NCBI GenBank assembly: GCA_951406725.2
Contig: OX597821.1
Coordinates: forward strand, 38,130,001-38,194,000
Origin: Octopus vulgaris
Taxonomy: Eukaryota
Length of the DNA: 64,000 nucleotides
Direction: 5' to 3'
Position 1 is the first letter of the stretch. The number at the start of each line of letters is the position of its first letter. This document shows positions 1 through 13,519 of the stretch, piece by piece. The notes beneath the pieces were generated by a model. That model was given only the letters and a program-made list of their open reading frames with translations. It was not told the origin of the DNA and searched no databases. The translations under genes were made by a program, and so were the position numbers.

Positions 1-350
1 TAAAATTAAGTTGATATGAGACTTTGTTAAAACTTCATTGGCAATTGCCTCGTGTTGTCACGACTTGGGTTTCATGTCACAGAATGTTGATATATACATG
101 TGTGTCTATTGTATGTGAGTGTGTTTATATATATATATGTATGTATATACGTATGTATGTGTATGTATATATGTATGTATATATGTATGTATATATATAT
201 ATGTATATATGTATGTATATAAATATGTGTGTATATGTATGTATATACATATATGTATGTATATATATATATATGTATATATATGTATGTATATGTATAT
301 ATATGTATGTATATGTATATATATGTATGTATATATATATATATATGTAT

Positions 351-467
351 GTATTCGGGGTTAACCACAGTAAATAAGGTACTCAATACATAGCAGAGTA
401 AAATTAATTTATTATATAGAAGGAGCTTCTACAGGACTAGAACTGTTTCATTCAAGAGAAATCATCA
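351..467 (-). mobile_element. Penelope-like terminal fragment with 5'-truncated hammerhead-like motif, between TA-rich tracts
   Basis: Minus strand: UGAUGA uuuc ucuu gaau GAAA C aguucua GUC cugu; C3 and the 5' arm of stem I are lost to the microsatellite. Confidence 0.45.
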
Positions 468-523
468 TATATGTATGTATATATATATATATGTATGTAT
501 ATATATGTATATATATATATATG

Positions 524-603
<80 letters not shown>

Positions 604-1095
604 GAAGACTGACTCAAGTACTTTTGATAGAGAAGATTCCATTAAAGGCTTCCAAGGTTCAAGGCGCAGGGCTTAAACTTTGCAGTGGATCAAGACTCTC
701 CTCCATGTAGGACATGGTTGGAACTGAGCCCAGAACGAAAATAAAAAGCGGTGGGACAAATACCGCAAGATCCGACGTTCTTAAGAGTCTCACCAACCCA
801 CAACCTTTATTGGTTCATTTTTATCGATGACGAAATGACGAAAGGCAACCTTAGGATTTGAAATCATGGCGCTCTGATGAGTCTGCGCATCCTACCTTCC
901 CATGAAAAGTTAACAATACTAGACGCATACAAAATATTGTTTTCTACTCTAGGCACAAGGCCCGAAATTCGGGGGGGGGGGCACAGTCGATCAGATCAAC
1001 CTCAGTACGCAACTGGTACTTAATTTTTCGACCTCGAAAAGATGCAAGGCAAACTGGACCTCGGTGGAATTTGAAATCAGAAATATTCTCTTGAA

Positions 1096-1326
1096 GGCGG
1101 CGAGCTGGCAGAAACGTTAGCACGCAGGGCGAAATGCTTAGCTGTATTTTGTGTGCCGCTACGTTCTGAGTTCAAATTCCGCCGAGGTCGACTTTGCCTT
1201 TCATCCTTTCGGGGTCGATTAAATAAGTACCAGTTACGCACTGGGGTCGATATCATCGACTTAATCCGTTTGTCTGTCCTTGTTTGTCCTCTCTGTGTTT
1301 AGCCCCTTGTGGGTAGTAAAGAAATA
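1096..1326 (+). mobile_element. tRNA-derived SINE family A, nested in an opposite-strand copy (937-1370)
   Basis: ggcggcgagctggcagaaacgttagc...gagttcaaattcc (B box); 17-bp duplication ggaatttgaaatcagaa at 1066-1082 and 1327-1343. Confidence 0.9.
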
Positions 1327-1719
1327 GGAATTTGAAATCAGAACGTAAAGACGGACGAAATACCGCTAAGACGAATATACAACTCAGACGATCTACCACA
1401 GTGTTAGCTTAATGTATGACTGTCGTTTATAAAACTAAGCAATCAATAGTATTGCTAGGGAAAGAAATCGGGGTAGATTTTTCCGAGGAAGAGAACAAAG
1501 AATCGTGAAACGGTCAGTCAGGAGATTCTCTACTCTTATCTCTGCTCATCAATGTTATAAGGAACGTGTTTACATTTGTACTTCATCTCATAACAATGTA
1601 GTGCTGATGTATGCCGTGTTGTGCATTTTATATATATATGTGTGTGTGAGCGTGTGTGTGTGCGTGTGGTCTTTTGTGCATATGTATGTTTTTTTTTTAC
1701 GTGTGTGTATGTGTGTGTG

Positions 1720-1965
1720 AAGGCTCGTCGCCTAGTGATTGGGCGTGTTGCACTCACGACCTTGAGACTGTGGCGGCGATTGTAAGACCGGCTGCGTGTT
1801 GTGTTCTTGAGCAAAACTCTTCCTTCCACGTTGTTTCAGTTCACTCAGCCGTAAATGACTGACCCTGCGACAGAGTAGCCATCCGACCACAACAATGTTG
1901 CCAGTAGTATCATTAAAAGAACAACAACAAGACAATAGCTAAAACAATGCAAAGCGTATTTTGAC
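1720..1965 (+). mobile_element. Diverged tRNA-derived SINE (family C-like)
   Basis: tRNA-like head, gtgttcttgagcaaaac core, and a 3' end resembling the 5944-6212 element. Confidence 0.55.
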
Positions 1966-4164
1966 AAACCTTATATATAGTTACATCCGATAGTCTGGTC
2001 GATCACATGATCACGTATACGTGTGTGTGTGTGTATGAATATATATATGTCTGTGTCTTCGTGAGTGTGTGTTACGTACGTGTGTGTGTATATATATCCA
2101 TATGTTCGTGTATATATATATATATATATACGCATACGTTTATTACGTGTGTTTATACATACATATTTTCTTTTGCGTGTGTGTGCATGAAGTGTTATTC
2201 ATATTACACCTTTAGTTGGCGTTTGCCTATGTAGCGATCCTTAATTTATATAAAATAGGTAATCTAGTGATTTGTTAAATAGATGTCGATAAAACAATAG
2301 ACTAAAATAGACTCTGGGCTCGATAGTCTGGAGTAAACCCTTGAATGGTTGTGTATCGTCTATCCATAGTTCAGTGATCGAAGTTAGTAGATGAATACAA
2401 ATGCAATTAATGTTTTACTATTTTTCATTCAATAAAATATATTTATTTGTCTGCCTAGGGTTGTAGAAGATTAGACAATCTTCCCTTTACCAATTAGAAT
2501 CTGAAATGATATACTTCAATATTTTCTGTAAACATCATACTCTTCAAATCATTCTTTTAGCACAGCCTCTGCCTTCACCTGACCGTAGGTTTCTACACGT
2601 ATAAATAGATATTGAACCTCTTTCAAATTTCCGTTAAATGATCCGACCAAGGCAATTGGTTATTAGATTATCTTATATTTTCTAATTGCATAATATCTTG
2701 AATGAAATATTGTGCTCGGTCTGTATGAACAAGCCTTCAAACCTTCTTTATTGCTGTCTTCTCGTTATACCCAGTTCATCATTATAATTCAGAATATTTT
2801 TTCTTCCTCATCTAAATGTTAATCAGATGTACACCTCGCTTCAATTCTGTCATCAAGGAAGCGTTATTAATGCATGAACGTGTCAAGAACTAGAAACGAA
2901 CATTTATGTTTTTTTAAAAGGTTCGCACAATAACAGAATTGATTAAATCTAAAGAATTGATGAAGCTATATAATAAAAGAAGGCATTTGACATAATTTGA
3001 TGATATTTTAAATGCGAATAATATTATGTGAGGTGAAAAGGATTATTTTCCTAGAGAAAATTTCTGAAAAGAAAACTGTTAGTGTTGTTGTTATTACAGC
3101 ATAGAGTGGTCCTATATGCATCATAATTAAATAAGGCCTGGACTTCATCAAAATCTTTGAACTTTCTATTATTAACATTTTTAGTTTTTCCTGTTTTAAG
3201 GCACCATTAAGTTATTATTAATTAGAAGACAATTGTTGATTAAAAAACGAAATTTGCTAGTGTTCACTTCACCTTTATATTTTAATCAATCAACTCTGGT
3301 CTGAATACAACACTTTCATGCTTTGTGAATCGACACTTTTATATCGCTTGAGCATTGAATAAGTCTCTTACTTTTGTTTGTCTATGATGGAAATGGAAAA
3401 AGCTCGCTGGGAAATTTTTTTATTCTGTCGACGGACTTCTAATTGTGAAGCTATATAAAAGAACTGCTTTCCATTTAGTAACGCTACGATGGATGAAACA
3501 GTCTTCTTAGCTTTACTAAATGAAAAAAAAAAAAAGAAAGAAAGCGAAATTAGATTAACGTAGTGATGAAATTCTTTTAATTTTAAGTAGCTTGATTACT
3601 GAGATAAAACATAAAAAGTGAGTTCAAATGAACTTGTCGGGATGTGGTGTTTTGTGAGGTAGAAGTTTTAGGTAAGAGGCAAATGGTCAATAGAAGATTA
3701 GGACTTTTCAGCAATTTTGTGCATTTTGAAAAGCAGAGGCCATTAAAATTACGGTTGGAAAATCAAAAGGAAAAATAAAATAACTTCACAATCTTCACTG
3801 TTGCTGTTATCAGTTATATCAAGGACAATGGTTTTGTTACTCATGCAAATAGTGACTTTTATGAAAAGATTGAGAAATTTATCGATTTTTTTCCCCGAAT
3901 AAACTCAATTTTCTGAGGAAAACCTACCCTTTGAATGAACCTAGTATATTACTGGTAAATTCAATACTACAACATAAGAAGAAGAAATGATTTACATATA
4001 GGTGTTACGTTAAATGGTCTCAACGACAAAACCTATATTAAACTGATATTAATTGATTTCAATTTAATTATTGAGAAACCTTAATATATTGTAGATTACG
4101 TTTGGTTATTAACAGTGCTTGAGTTCTTCGTCGTCGCACTCAGAACCACGAAATTGACAGCTAC

Positions 4165-4385
4165 TACTCCTTTCTACTAAAGGCACAGGGCCTGAATTTT
4201 GGGCGGGGAGGGGACTGATCGATTACATCGACTCCAGTGTTTCACTGGTACTTATTTCATCGACCCCGAAAGTATGACAGGTAAAGTTGACCTCGGCGTA
4301 ATTTGAACTCAGAACGAAAGGACGGATGAAATACTGCTAAGCATTTTGCCTGACCTGCTAACGATTTAGCCAGCTCACCGCTTTA
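4165..4385 (-). mobile_element. SINE family A
   Basis: Reverse-complement similarity to 1096-1326. Confidence 0.85.
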
Positions 4386-4434
<49 letters not shown>

Positions 4435-5169
4435 TCATCATCATCATCTCATTCTTGCATATAGCCAGAAACCTGTACACGAAATGTTTGAAAGTAAAAG
4501 TGTAGCATTATTTGAATATGTATTTTGTCGACCTACAAACATAATTTACAACTTCAACTCTGCTAATATTTGATCTCAGAATTTAGAGACAACAATTAAA
4601 ATATTGGCTCGCATTTCAGCCAGAGCGCAACAGTTTCTATCATGGATATCCTCTAACATATTTTGTGGTTGACGAGTAGACACAAAAATCTTGTATTTTA
4701 GAGAATATAATTAAGTGGTATAAAATTAAACTTCAACATAAATTGGGTCTGACATCAATAAATCTTATTTCATGTATAATTCTCCATAATAATAATAATG
4801 ATAAATAACTTTAAGATAAAATATTACTTTTAACAATACAAATCCCTTGACACAGGATAAAAACAAGAGAAGTATATGAAAGAAATAGAAGGTTCAAATT
4901 AAGGTCTTCGAAAATGTGTTCACAGCAGCTTCATGGCACATAACTCTGGCAAGGTGGCAGATGTTTTGTCAAAGGAATACAGGAGTCTTTGACAGGCATG
5001 CAATGCTTATTCTCGAATACCAAACTTAGAATAGTTTTTCATAAAACCCGCAAACGAATGAAGGCGAAATCAAACAATTTATGAGTTCTATTCTTAATCT
5101 TACATTCGATCCATCTACTCTTCGTTCATAATAAGGGAAGAGTTTAATAATGCGCAAGTAAAGTTTGGA

Positions 5170-5555
5170 ATGTGCACAGGCGTAACTGTAACTGTTCAGG
5201 GTTCAGTCCCACTGCATGGCACCTCGGGCAATGTCTTCTGCTGTAGCCTCGGGCCGACCAAAGTCTTGGTTGGATTTGGTAGACGAAAAACTGAAAGAAG
5301 CCCGTCGTATATAAATATGTATTTTTATGTGTGTATCTTTCTTTGTATCTGTTTCCACTCTAACACCACCACCACTTGGCAGCCGATGTTAGTGGGTTTA
5401 CGTCCCCGTAACTTAGTGGTTTTGGCAAAAGATACCGACAGAATAAGTGCCATACTTTAAAAACTGTACTGGGGCCAATTCATTTGACTTAAATTCTTCA
5501 AGGCGGTGCTCCAGTTTGGCCACAACCTAATGAGTGAAAGATAAAAGATATACAC
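5170..5555 (+). mobile_element. SINE family B (5'-degenerate)
   Basis: ggttcagtcccactgc...gggcaa core, shared with 40159-40565. Confidence 0.85.
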
Positions 5556-5767
5556 GATAAAAGATAACAGATACGAGAAATAATCTGATTTAGAAGAGGG
5601 AAGATGTGATATTCATTCGAGCCAAAACTGGGATCAAGTATAGCGTTATGGTCATCAGAACTCTCTACCATAACTTTATCAATCATAACTTTCTATCCAA
5701 TAGATAGAGTTCAACTGAAATGAATTTATTAAATACAAATTTTGTTTTTCCTTTTTACCTTTTTCAG

Positions 5768-5865
5768 GTCCTAACCGATCGACGTTAAATGACATTTGGC
5801 GAATGGTTTGGCAAGAAAATTCGAAAACAATTATTATGTTGACAAATCCTACAGAAACTGGAAAG
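5768..5865 (+). CDS. Receptor-type protein tyrosine phosphatase, catalytic-domain exon A (gene begins upstream of this exon)
   Basis: Acceptor ttttcag, donor gtattt, 98 bp. Translates (G)PNRSTLNDIWRMVWQENSKTIIMLTNPTETGK, matching the PTP motifs QGP / DFWxMVW / IVMLT. Confidence 0.95.
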
Positions 5866-5943
5866 GTATTTCATTTTAGTTACATTTAACTACTTTTATC
5901 ATTCTTCATAGCAGTTTCCATTACTTTATATATATATATATAT

Positions 5944-6302
5944 CACCGTGACCGACCAGGCTATCATATGTTGCTACACATCGCTGGTTACAATGCGCTT
6001 CACATTGTTTTAGACTTCAAATGACGCCACCCCGCTGGGTAAGCGAGCACGCTAACAGAAGAAAGAGTGAGAGAAAGTTGTGATGAAAGAGTACAGCACA
6101 GATCGCCACCACCCCTGCCGGAACCTCATAGAGCTTTAGGTGTTTTCGCTCAATAAACACTCACAACACCCGGTCTGGGAATCGAAACCGTGATCCTACG
6201 ACTGCGAGTCCACTTTAAAGTCGACCTCGGCGGAATTTGAACTCAGAACGTAACGGCTAAGCATTTCGCCCGGCGCGCTAACGTTTCTGCCAGCTCGCCG
6301 CC
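5944..6302 (-). mobile_element. Composite SINE: family A head (6213-6302) joined to family C body (5944-6212)
   Basis: Family A 5' ~90 bp runs directly into a second B-box-containing (ggtttcgattccc) SINE that lacks its own 5' end. Confidence 0.75.
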
Positions 6303-6308
6303 TCTGTC

Positions 6309-6411
<103 letters not shown>

Positions 6412-6720
6412 GCATATGCGCTCACACACACAAACGCCCACACACCCAAGAATAAATGGTTAGGTGAAACTTGCAATCTCAGTCAACTTCCTCTGCCCTG
6501 TAAATTTTATTTTACTCTCTGTACAGCACTACACCAACAGTAAATGATCAGACTTAATATTGCATTAAAATAGGAACACATGCACACTCTCAAACACTCA
6601 CTCACACACGCACACACGCACACATTTCTCTGTGTGTGTGTGTGTGTGATTTTCGTATCTGAATTACATTTGGTTTTAAAAATGAAATATAATTTAAGCC
6701 TGTTATGAGGTGTTCAACAA

Positions 6721-6847
<127 letters not shown>

Positions 6848-7273
6848 GTCTGTCTATTTGAGTGTGTGTGTTGTGTGTGAGTGTGCATGAGGGCAGGTTA
6901 TGGAAAACATTATCTATACTAATTAACAATACTATAATACTCATAAACCATCCTAATTATCCAATGATTCAGTATTTCATATTATTTGTACGGACTATTT
7001 TTCCTGTCTGATTTCTAAAGACCATAACACTACTCTCCATACATATTGTCACATGTACCCATTTTCCCTCCCTATTCCTTTACACATACACAAACACACA
7101 CACGTATATTTATAAACTTCTTACAGCTTCTGCTGTTTTCATATTCTTGTATGTGTTCCACTAAATTATGGTTAACAATTGCTAATTACTCTAATTCTAA
7201 TTGGCAGCAGATTTGATGAGAGCGACAATCATAGTTGTATGGAATTTCAATAGAATATTAAACTGACATAATG

Positions 7274-7315
<42 letters not shown>

Positions 7316-7519
7316 CAACTTGAACTGCATTAAAGCTACTTTCGGTTGATTTCAAGCTTGAATTACCGCCCATAAAATTTAACTATGCGCAAATATTAAT
7401 AGGTAGGAAACGTTACAACAATGCTTTGCGCTTTCAATGACTTTGTTTTATACGCATGAACGAAGATAGAAAAATTAGTATAGATATATACATAAACATA
7501 TCTATCCATCCATCCACCA

Positions 7520-7623
<104 letters not shown>

Positions 7624-7755
7624 ATCTACACAAATACGCAGGGCATGTACGCGGCCGCGCGCACACACACAATTTGCATTTATGTATGTAAGCATGTGTG
7701 TGAATGTATGCATAAACACACACTCTTTCTCACTCACACATGGAAATACATACAT

Positions 7756-7834
<79 letters not shown>

Positions 7835-8379
7835 TCTGATATAGAAGTCAGTACTTTGCGTAATCATTATAGTGGATAAATATATTAACTGCATCAAAAG
7901 TCAAATTTGTACATATGTGTTCCTGTGTTCCTGAGATCTTCCGTGATATTCCTTGATCTTGGCCACCTGTTCGACCTTAGTGTTACAAGGAGAGAAGTTT
8001 GTGTTTTTCTCAACCGCACCCCACACAGTAACCCATGGAATTACAATCGGCACCATGAGGGGGGCCAGAAATTAGGGCTGGTGAAGTAGAAGAAATTCTC
8101 AGACAGCCACTTCTGACCATTTCTGGGGCATGTGGCTAGTGCTTCTGCCACATATATTTGCTGCAGGTACTCTCTCCAGCAAATACCCGCTCAAGCCAGG
8201 ATTTGTCCATACTTTTCAGTAGCTTCACATAGATACATAACTTAGATATTTTTCGGCCAAAGATTGGTACAAGCCACGTCCACCTAATAATAAGCACCAC
8301 GTGATAGGATCTGTTATTTTAAGTCAAGTTTTCTCCTGATATCAGGGCGTATTCACGTTGGGAATTATTGTTGACTGAG

Positions 8380-9500
8380 ATGTGTCGAGGCATTAGTGGC
8401 TTATCTCGTATCCCTTCATCCTGGTTTCATTTAGACCTGATAGGACCTTTCTCTTCTTTGATATGTTTTGGGATAATTTTAAATAGAGCAGGACCTGTTA
8501 AAGAAAAATAATTGTGTTACAGTAAATATGCCTTGTGAACCTGGGGTGTGTAGGGGTGCATATCGCACGTGGCCCCAACCTTGGATGAAATTAAAATCTT
8601 ATGTTAAGACGTTTAGACAATGCTGGTGGTATAGTCCTTACATTGTTCAAATGATGTGCTCAAGGCGGCGCTGGAGAGAATAAAAAATTAATATTTAAAG
8701 CAGACCCAATAATCAAGATCCGTCATGCCCTTAATTTTGTGATTGATTTAGTGATTGCTCTCAGAGGTGACTCAATCCTTGCAATGCAGTATTCTAGGTT
8801 TAGCTGTAGAAAGGAAGAGAAATGGAAAATGATGATCTTGCTCACTGGACCGGTTAGTATCGAGGAGTTCAGCCTCTCAGCTTTACCGACTTCATTGTTG
8901 ATGTGAGCACCCCAGCCTAGATAGCTGTCAACAATTACTGCTAAGACACTGAGATTAATAGATGCTATGAGTAGTTCTGAAGGAAGAGAATATGTTTGAG
9001 TGGATTCTCTTTTCCAAAATGCAACAGTTCAAAATTTCTCTCATTTATCCGCATGTTTTTGTTCGCCCATTGGCTTACTGCATGGCGATCAAAATGGAGC
9101 TTACTTTGTTCTTCTTCAATGATAACTTTCCTGATTCTGGAGTCATCTGCGAATATTTTAATTTTGCTATTTGATGACGTTTGAAATGACGTTTATGTAG
9201 AGTATAAAAAGAAGCGGACCAAAGCAGTCCCCTGGGGGACACCACTGGTAACTTTTGCTGGTTTGAGTGGGTTCCAGTGATCGTAACACGTGCCCTGTTC
9301 ATCAGAAAATACTTAATCCAGTGCAACAGTTTACCACGGATTACAATATTGGATAATTTCAACAGGAGAATGTGGTCGAGAAATATAACATCAGAGTTCG
9401 AACCTGAATCTAAGGCTTTAAATGCATCATCTATGTGATGCTCGTATATTAAGAATGCGTTTATGTTACGTACGTGATTGATATACAAGCATGACCTTAC
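8380..9500 (-). mobile_element. Decayed LINE reverse-transcriptase remnant (CR1/L2-like)
   Basis: ORF 9075..9488: DVIFLD...LLLKL..IRGKLLHWIKYFL.NR, followed by frameshifted SGVPQG and FADD-like segments. Left boundary approximate. Confidence 0.75.
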
Positions 9501-10754
9501 CCTCGATGGTTAACACAAACTGAAAAGTTACTAAAACTGTGCAAAAATAGCAAACTGTCATATGTCCAAATATCACCTCCAATATGAATGGCCTGAGTGA
9601 TGTATGGTGCAAATAATCAGCCCATAATAGAGACAGCCATGCAAAACATCGTCGTTAAATGTCACAACCATTGGCACGTTACCCATATTTTCTGTTATAT
9701 ATTACTCTGTGATAGAATAATATTACTGTATTATTGAAGCTGATCACAGGAATGATTCAGAGTTTATAGAATACTTATAATTACACAAAATTATATATTG
9801 AATTGTTTCTCATCGACATACGATACAGAGGAAAGAGAAGTCTTAAATCATAAACAATATAAATAGACGAAATTGTACGGTAGGCCACACGCTCGGTGCC
9901 AATAGCAGCGATACAACACACAAACACACACACACACAAACACACACAAACACACACACACAAACGCAAACTCACATACACACACAAACGCAAACTCACA
10001 CACACACACGCGCACACACGCACACACATACACAACCTGAATGGAAACTGTTAACTTAGTACAGCCTTTTAGTGATCCGCTGATTTATGGTTCAGCTATG
10101 GTCTGTTGGTTTTAGCTTCATGGAGAGTTTTCAAGTGGCTGCGGCTGTCTGTCTGTCTCTCTATACTTCACCAAGTTTGACCACGTTCAGGAGTATGTTT
10201 TCGCCTGACTGTATCACATCAAGATGTCTGAATGTGTTTGTACTGCACTCTCTCTCTCTCTCTATTTCTCCCCACCTTTGTCTCTATTTCTCTTGCTTTC
10301 TTTCCTTCTCCACTATATATATATATATGTGTGTGTGTTTCTATGTATGCGTGTATATGGTTGTGTAAATCTATATTTACTACAGCGTAGTTTTCGATGA
10401 ACAGTATAAACTGTCAGTTTATGACGGGATGAAACTGACTTTTAATGTATGCATTGTATGAACTTTATAACATGTAACATACAAGGAAACAAAATACTCA
10501 AAAAGCTGTGAGTATATTAAATAGTAATTTATTGTGCTTGGTAAAAAAAAAGAAACAAAAACATTCGTAATGAATTGTGTACTGATGATAAAAGATGAAC
10601 AGGAACAGCAAATATAAATTGTTTTTAATTCATATCAGAGAACCCCATATCTTAAAAATTATATTTGAATGGTTCCTATTACTCAGTAGATAAGATATGG
10701 CTTAGAGCAGTGGTTCCTAACTGGTAGTACAGGGGGGCGTGAACTAAATTCGAA

Positions 10755-10809
<55 letters not shown>

Positions 10810-10812
<3 letters not shown>

Positions 10813-11011
10813 ATCGAGACATGAAAACACAAAGAAAAAACACAACAACGGGAGGACGTAGAACAAGTATAGTGTTATTTGGACGCTCAGGAAAGGAAAG
10901 AAAGAAGGAGGATTTAACGTTTCGAGCGGAGCTCTTCGTCAGAAACATAGGAAAAGGAAAGATCCAAGGAAGGGAAGACGGAGGAAAAAATCGCCAACGA
11001 TACACACGCGG
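10810..11011 (-). mobile_element. Penelope-like terminal fragment with minimal hammerhead (core ~10913-10946)
   Basis: Minus strand: uuu CUGACGA A GAGC ucc GCUC GAAA CGUUA aa, with palindromic AACGUU; the tail runs into (TA)n. Stem I is weak. Confidence 0.65.
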
Positions 11012-11607
11012 GCAAATTTTGAATATATATATGTAGGCGCAGGAGTGACTGGGTGATAAGTAGCTTGCTTACCAACCACATGATTCCGGTAGGCTACGTT
11101 TGCATTGCCGTGGCATATACAAGCAAATAGTTTTTACACAATTTGTTTATATTCATAGACTGGCGATTCACTTCGCCTCAGATTTGGTTCGGGAACTTGA
11201 TGTTGATAAGCCACAAAAATGGCGAAACGTCGATGTTCATCACTCCTGAATGGAATTTTGAGGGAGTTGTCTCGCCTGTCTAAGACTTTCAGGTGTTTTA
11301 ACGCCTGGGAATTAGGAGAAATCGTCCCCACAGCGCTAAATTGAAGCCTACCGGTGAACAAACAATGCAAAGCGTATGAGTGTTACATAATGCTATAACA
11401 CACACCGCTGCTGCTAATTCATATTTGTCTACCACAGTTTATTTGATTGATCCATGCATTTATTGCATTTTACTTTTATTTCCAATCACTTGCAAAATTC
11501 TGCTGCTTATATCAAGCATATTCCTCATTTTTCACCTCCTATATAGACAATATATATGTGACGAATACAAAAATGTATTGATATATAAACAAGCGAAATG
11601 GCAAATA

Positions 11608-11980
11608 CAGGATGATTCAAAAGTTGCCATACATAGGAACAATTTATCTTTTTTATAAGAAAAAGCTTATAAAAACAGTTTTTTATTTTATTTAACCGAC
11701 TCTATATGGTTACCATTGTTTTAAATATACATTGCAATACGTTTACCCCACTCATTGTAAACTCGTAATAGCACATCTGGTGATACGTGTCCAAATGAGT
11801 TGGTGATGCATTCTTTCAAACGAATATGTCTTTTATGTTTCCGCGATACACCATGCCTTTCAAATGCCCCAAAAGATAGAAACCAAGAGGGGTCAGATCA
11901 GGGGATCAAGGGGATCTTATAAACTGTTTCTTATAGAAAAATAAAGTTTTCGTATGTATAGAGACTTTTCAATCACCCTG
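11608..11980 (-). mobile_element. Non-autonomous Tc1/mariner element with ~54-bp imperfect TIRs and TA target duplication
   Basis: ta|caggatgattcaaaagt ... acttttcaatcaccctg|ta; internal minus-strand peptide SPDLTPLGFYLLGHLKGMVY. Confidence 0.85.
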
Positions 11981-12222
11981 TAGATGGCATATATAAAACT
12001 GTGATGCGCCATAAATATTATTACAGCACCTCACCTACAAGGTATCACAGCATGATGGGTCGAAACGAGCGTCGTGAATAGAAACTTGTCATTTCTATTT
12101 TCTTTCTCTTATTTCTTTATATGTATGTATGTATGCATATGTGTGTGTATGTGTTTATATGTGTGTATATTTATATCTTTTCTTCTACTTGTTTCGACCA
12201 TCAGACTGCAGCCATGCTGGGA

Positions 12223-12267
<45 letters not shown>

Positions 12268-12326
12268 GTATATATATATATATGTGTATATATATGTATA
12301 TATATGTGTATATATATATGTATATA

Positions 12327-12387
<61 letters not shown>

Positions 12388-12450
12388 TTGTATATAAATA
12401 TATATATGTATATAAATTGATCAAAATAAAAACATGATGCCAAGGATTCA

Positions 12451-12528
12451 GCGGTACATATGTTTCGGGCCTTTATTAGACAGATTTATAACAATGCATA
12501 ATGTTTGTCTGTGGCCTTCTTCAGCCGC
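12451..12528 (-). ncRNA. Type I hammerhead ribozyme (inverted copy of 13233-13310)
   Basis: Reverse complement of the same motif; stem II GGCC/GGCC. Confidence 0.75.
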
Positions 12529-13232
12529 GCACAACAGCTTCCACAAGGACATGTGTTACATCAAAAATTCTAGGTTGGGGATGCAAATCCTCTCATTCGC
12601 GTACGACATAATGCGGCAGCAGCATAGAATTGAAGCGTCCATCTCTTTCTTCCCTCAATGTAGAATGAGGAAATTTGGATGTTGAAGTAATGTAAGTAAA
12701 TAAATACATATATAGACGTGAAGATGGAGGGGCGAGAATTCAGGACGAGGGATAAAAAATGTATAAAAAGTGTAAGTATAGAAAAATATAAAAATGTAGA
12801 GTATAAAGATATAAAGAGATATAAGGAGATATAAAGGGGATATAAAGAATATAAAGAAATATAAATGAATGTAAAGGCATAAGGTTATAAAGTAAAAATA
12901 GAAATAGAAATAAAAGTAAAAAGTAAAAAAATAAAAATAGGAATAAACATGATAAAAATGTAAAAAAATATAAAGATAAGGGATGTATAGAGGTTACGGA
13001 CCAAACATGGTGGTCAGGAGATTGATAAAATTTAGTTGTAGAAGCTTTGGGTGTCAATAAATCAACAGGGTCGTCTGGGGACCTAGTGTATTGTAAATCA
13101 GAGCTGTTGAGCGGTTAATCTAGTTCTTTGAATTAATTGGTCATCTTGTACATACATACCATCATGGATACATACACCCATATACACGCGCACATATACG
13201 CGTAACACATGTCCTTGTGGAAGCTGTTGTGC

Positions 13233-13310
13233 GCGGCTGAAGAAGGCCACAGACATACATTATGCATTGTTATAAATCTGTCTAATAAAGGTCCGAAACA
13301 TATGTACCGC
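13233..13310 (+). ncRNA. Type I hammerhead ribozyme with extended stem II
   Basis: GCGG CUGAAGA aggcc...ggucc GAAA CAUAUG UA CCGC: stem I GCGG/CCGC, palindromic ACAUAUGU, GUA triplet. Base of stem II is imperfect. Confidence 0.75.
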
Positions 13311-13469
13311 TGAATCCTTGGCATCATGTTTTTATTTTGATCAATTTACTCCACCACCTACACCACCAAACGGTATACACAGGTGCTTATAATTATCAAG
13401 TACTCACCCCGAATTTCTATATATGTATATATATATGTATATATATATATGTGTATATATATATATGTG

Positions 13470-13519
<50 letters not shown>

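Larger units (their letters stand above)
12413..13418. mobile_element. Penelope-like (pLTR-type) remnant with 147-bp inverted repeats (12413-12559 and 13202-13348), embedded in (TA)n
   Basis: Near-perfect inverted repeat; each arm contains a hammerhead pointing outward toward a TA tract. Confidence 0.75.

Noticed and set aside
874-912. CTGATGA...GAAA motif
   Set aside because: No stem II or stem I pairing; lies in a decayed SINE.
1096-1185. tRNA gene
   Set aside because: A/B-box-like head of a multicopy SINE with no complete cloverleaf; the same applies to the other SINE heads.
12434-13327. Duplicate ORFs [13 protein letters not shown]... on both strands
   Set aside because: By-product of the 147-bp inverted repeat; antisense to the hammerheads.
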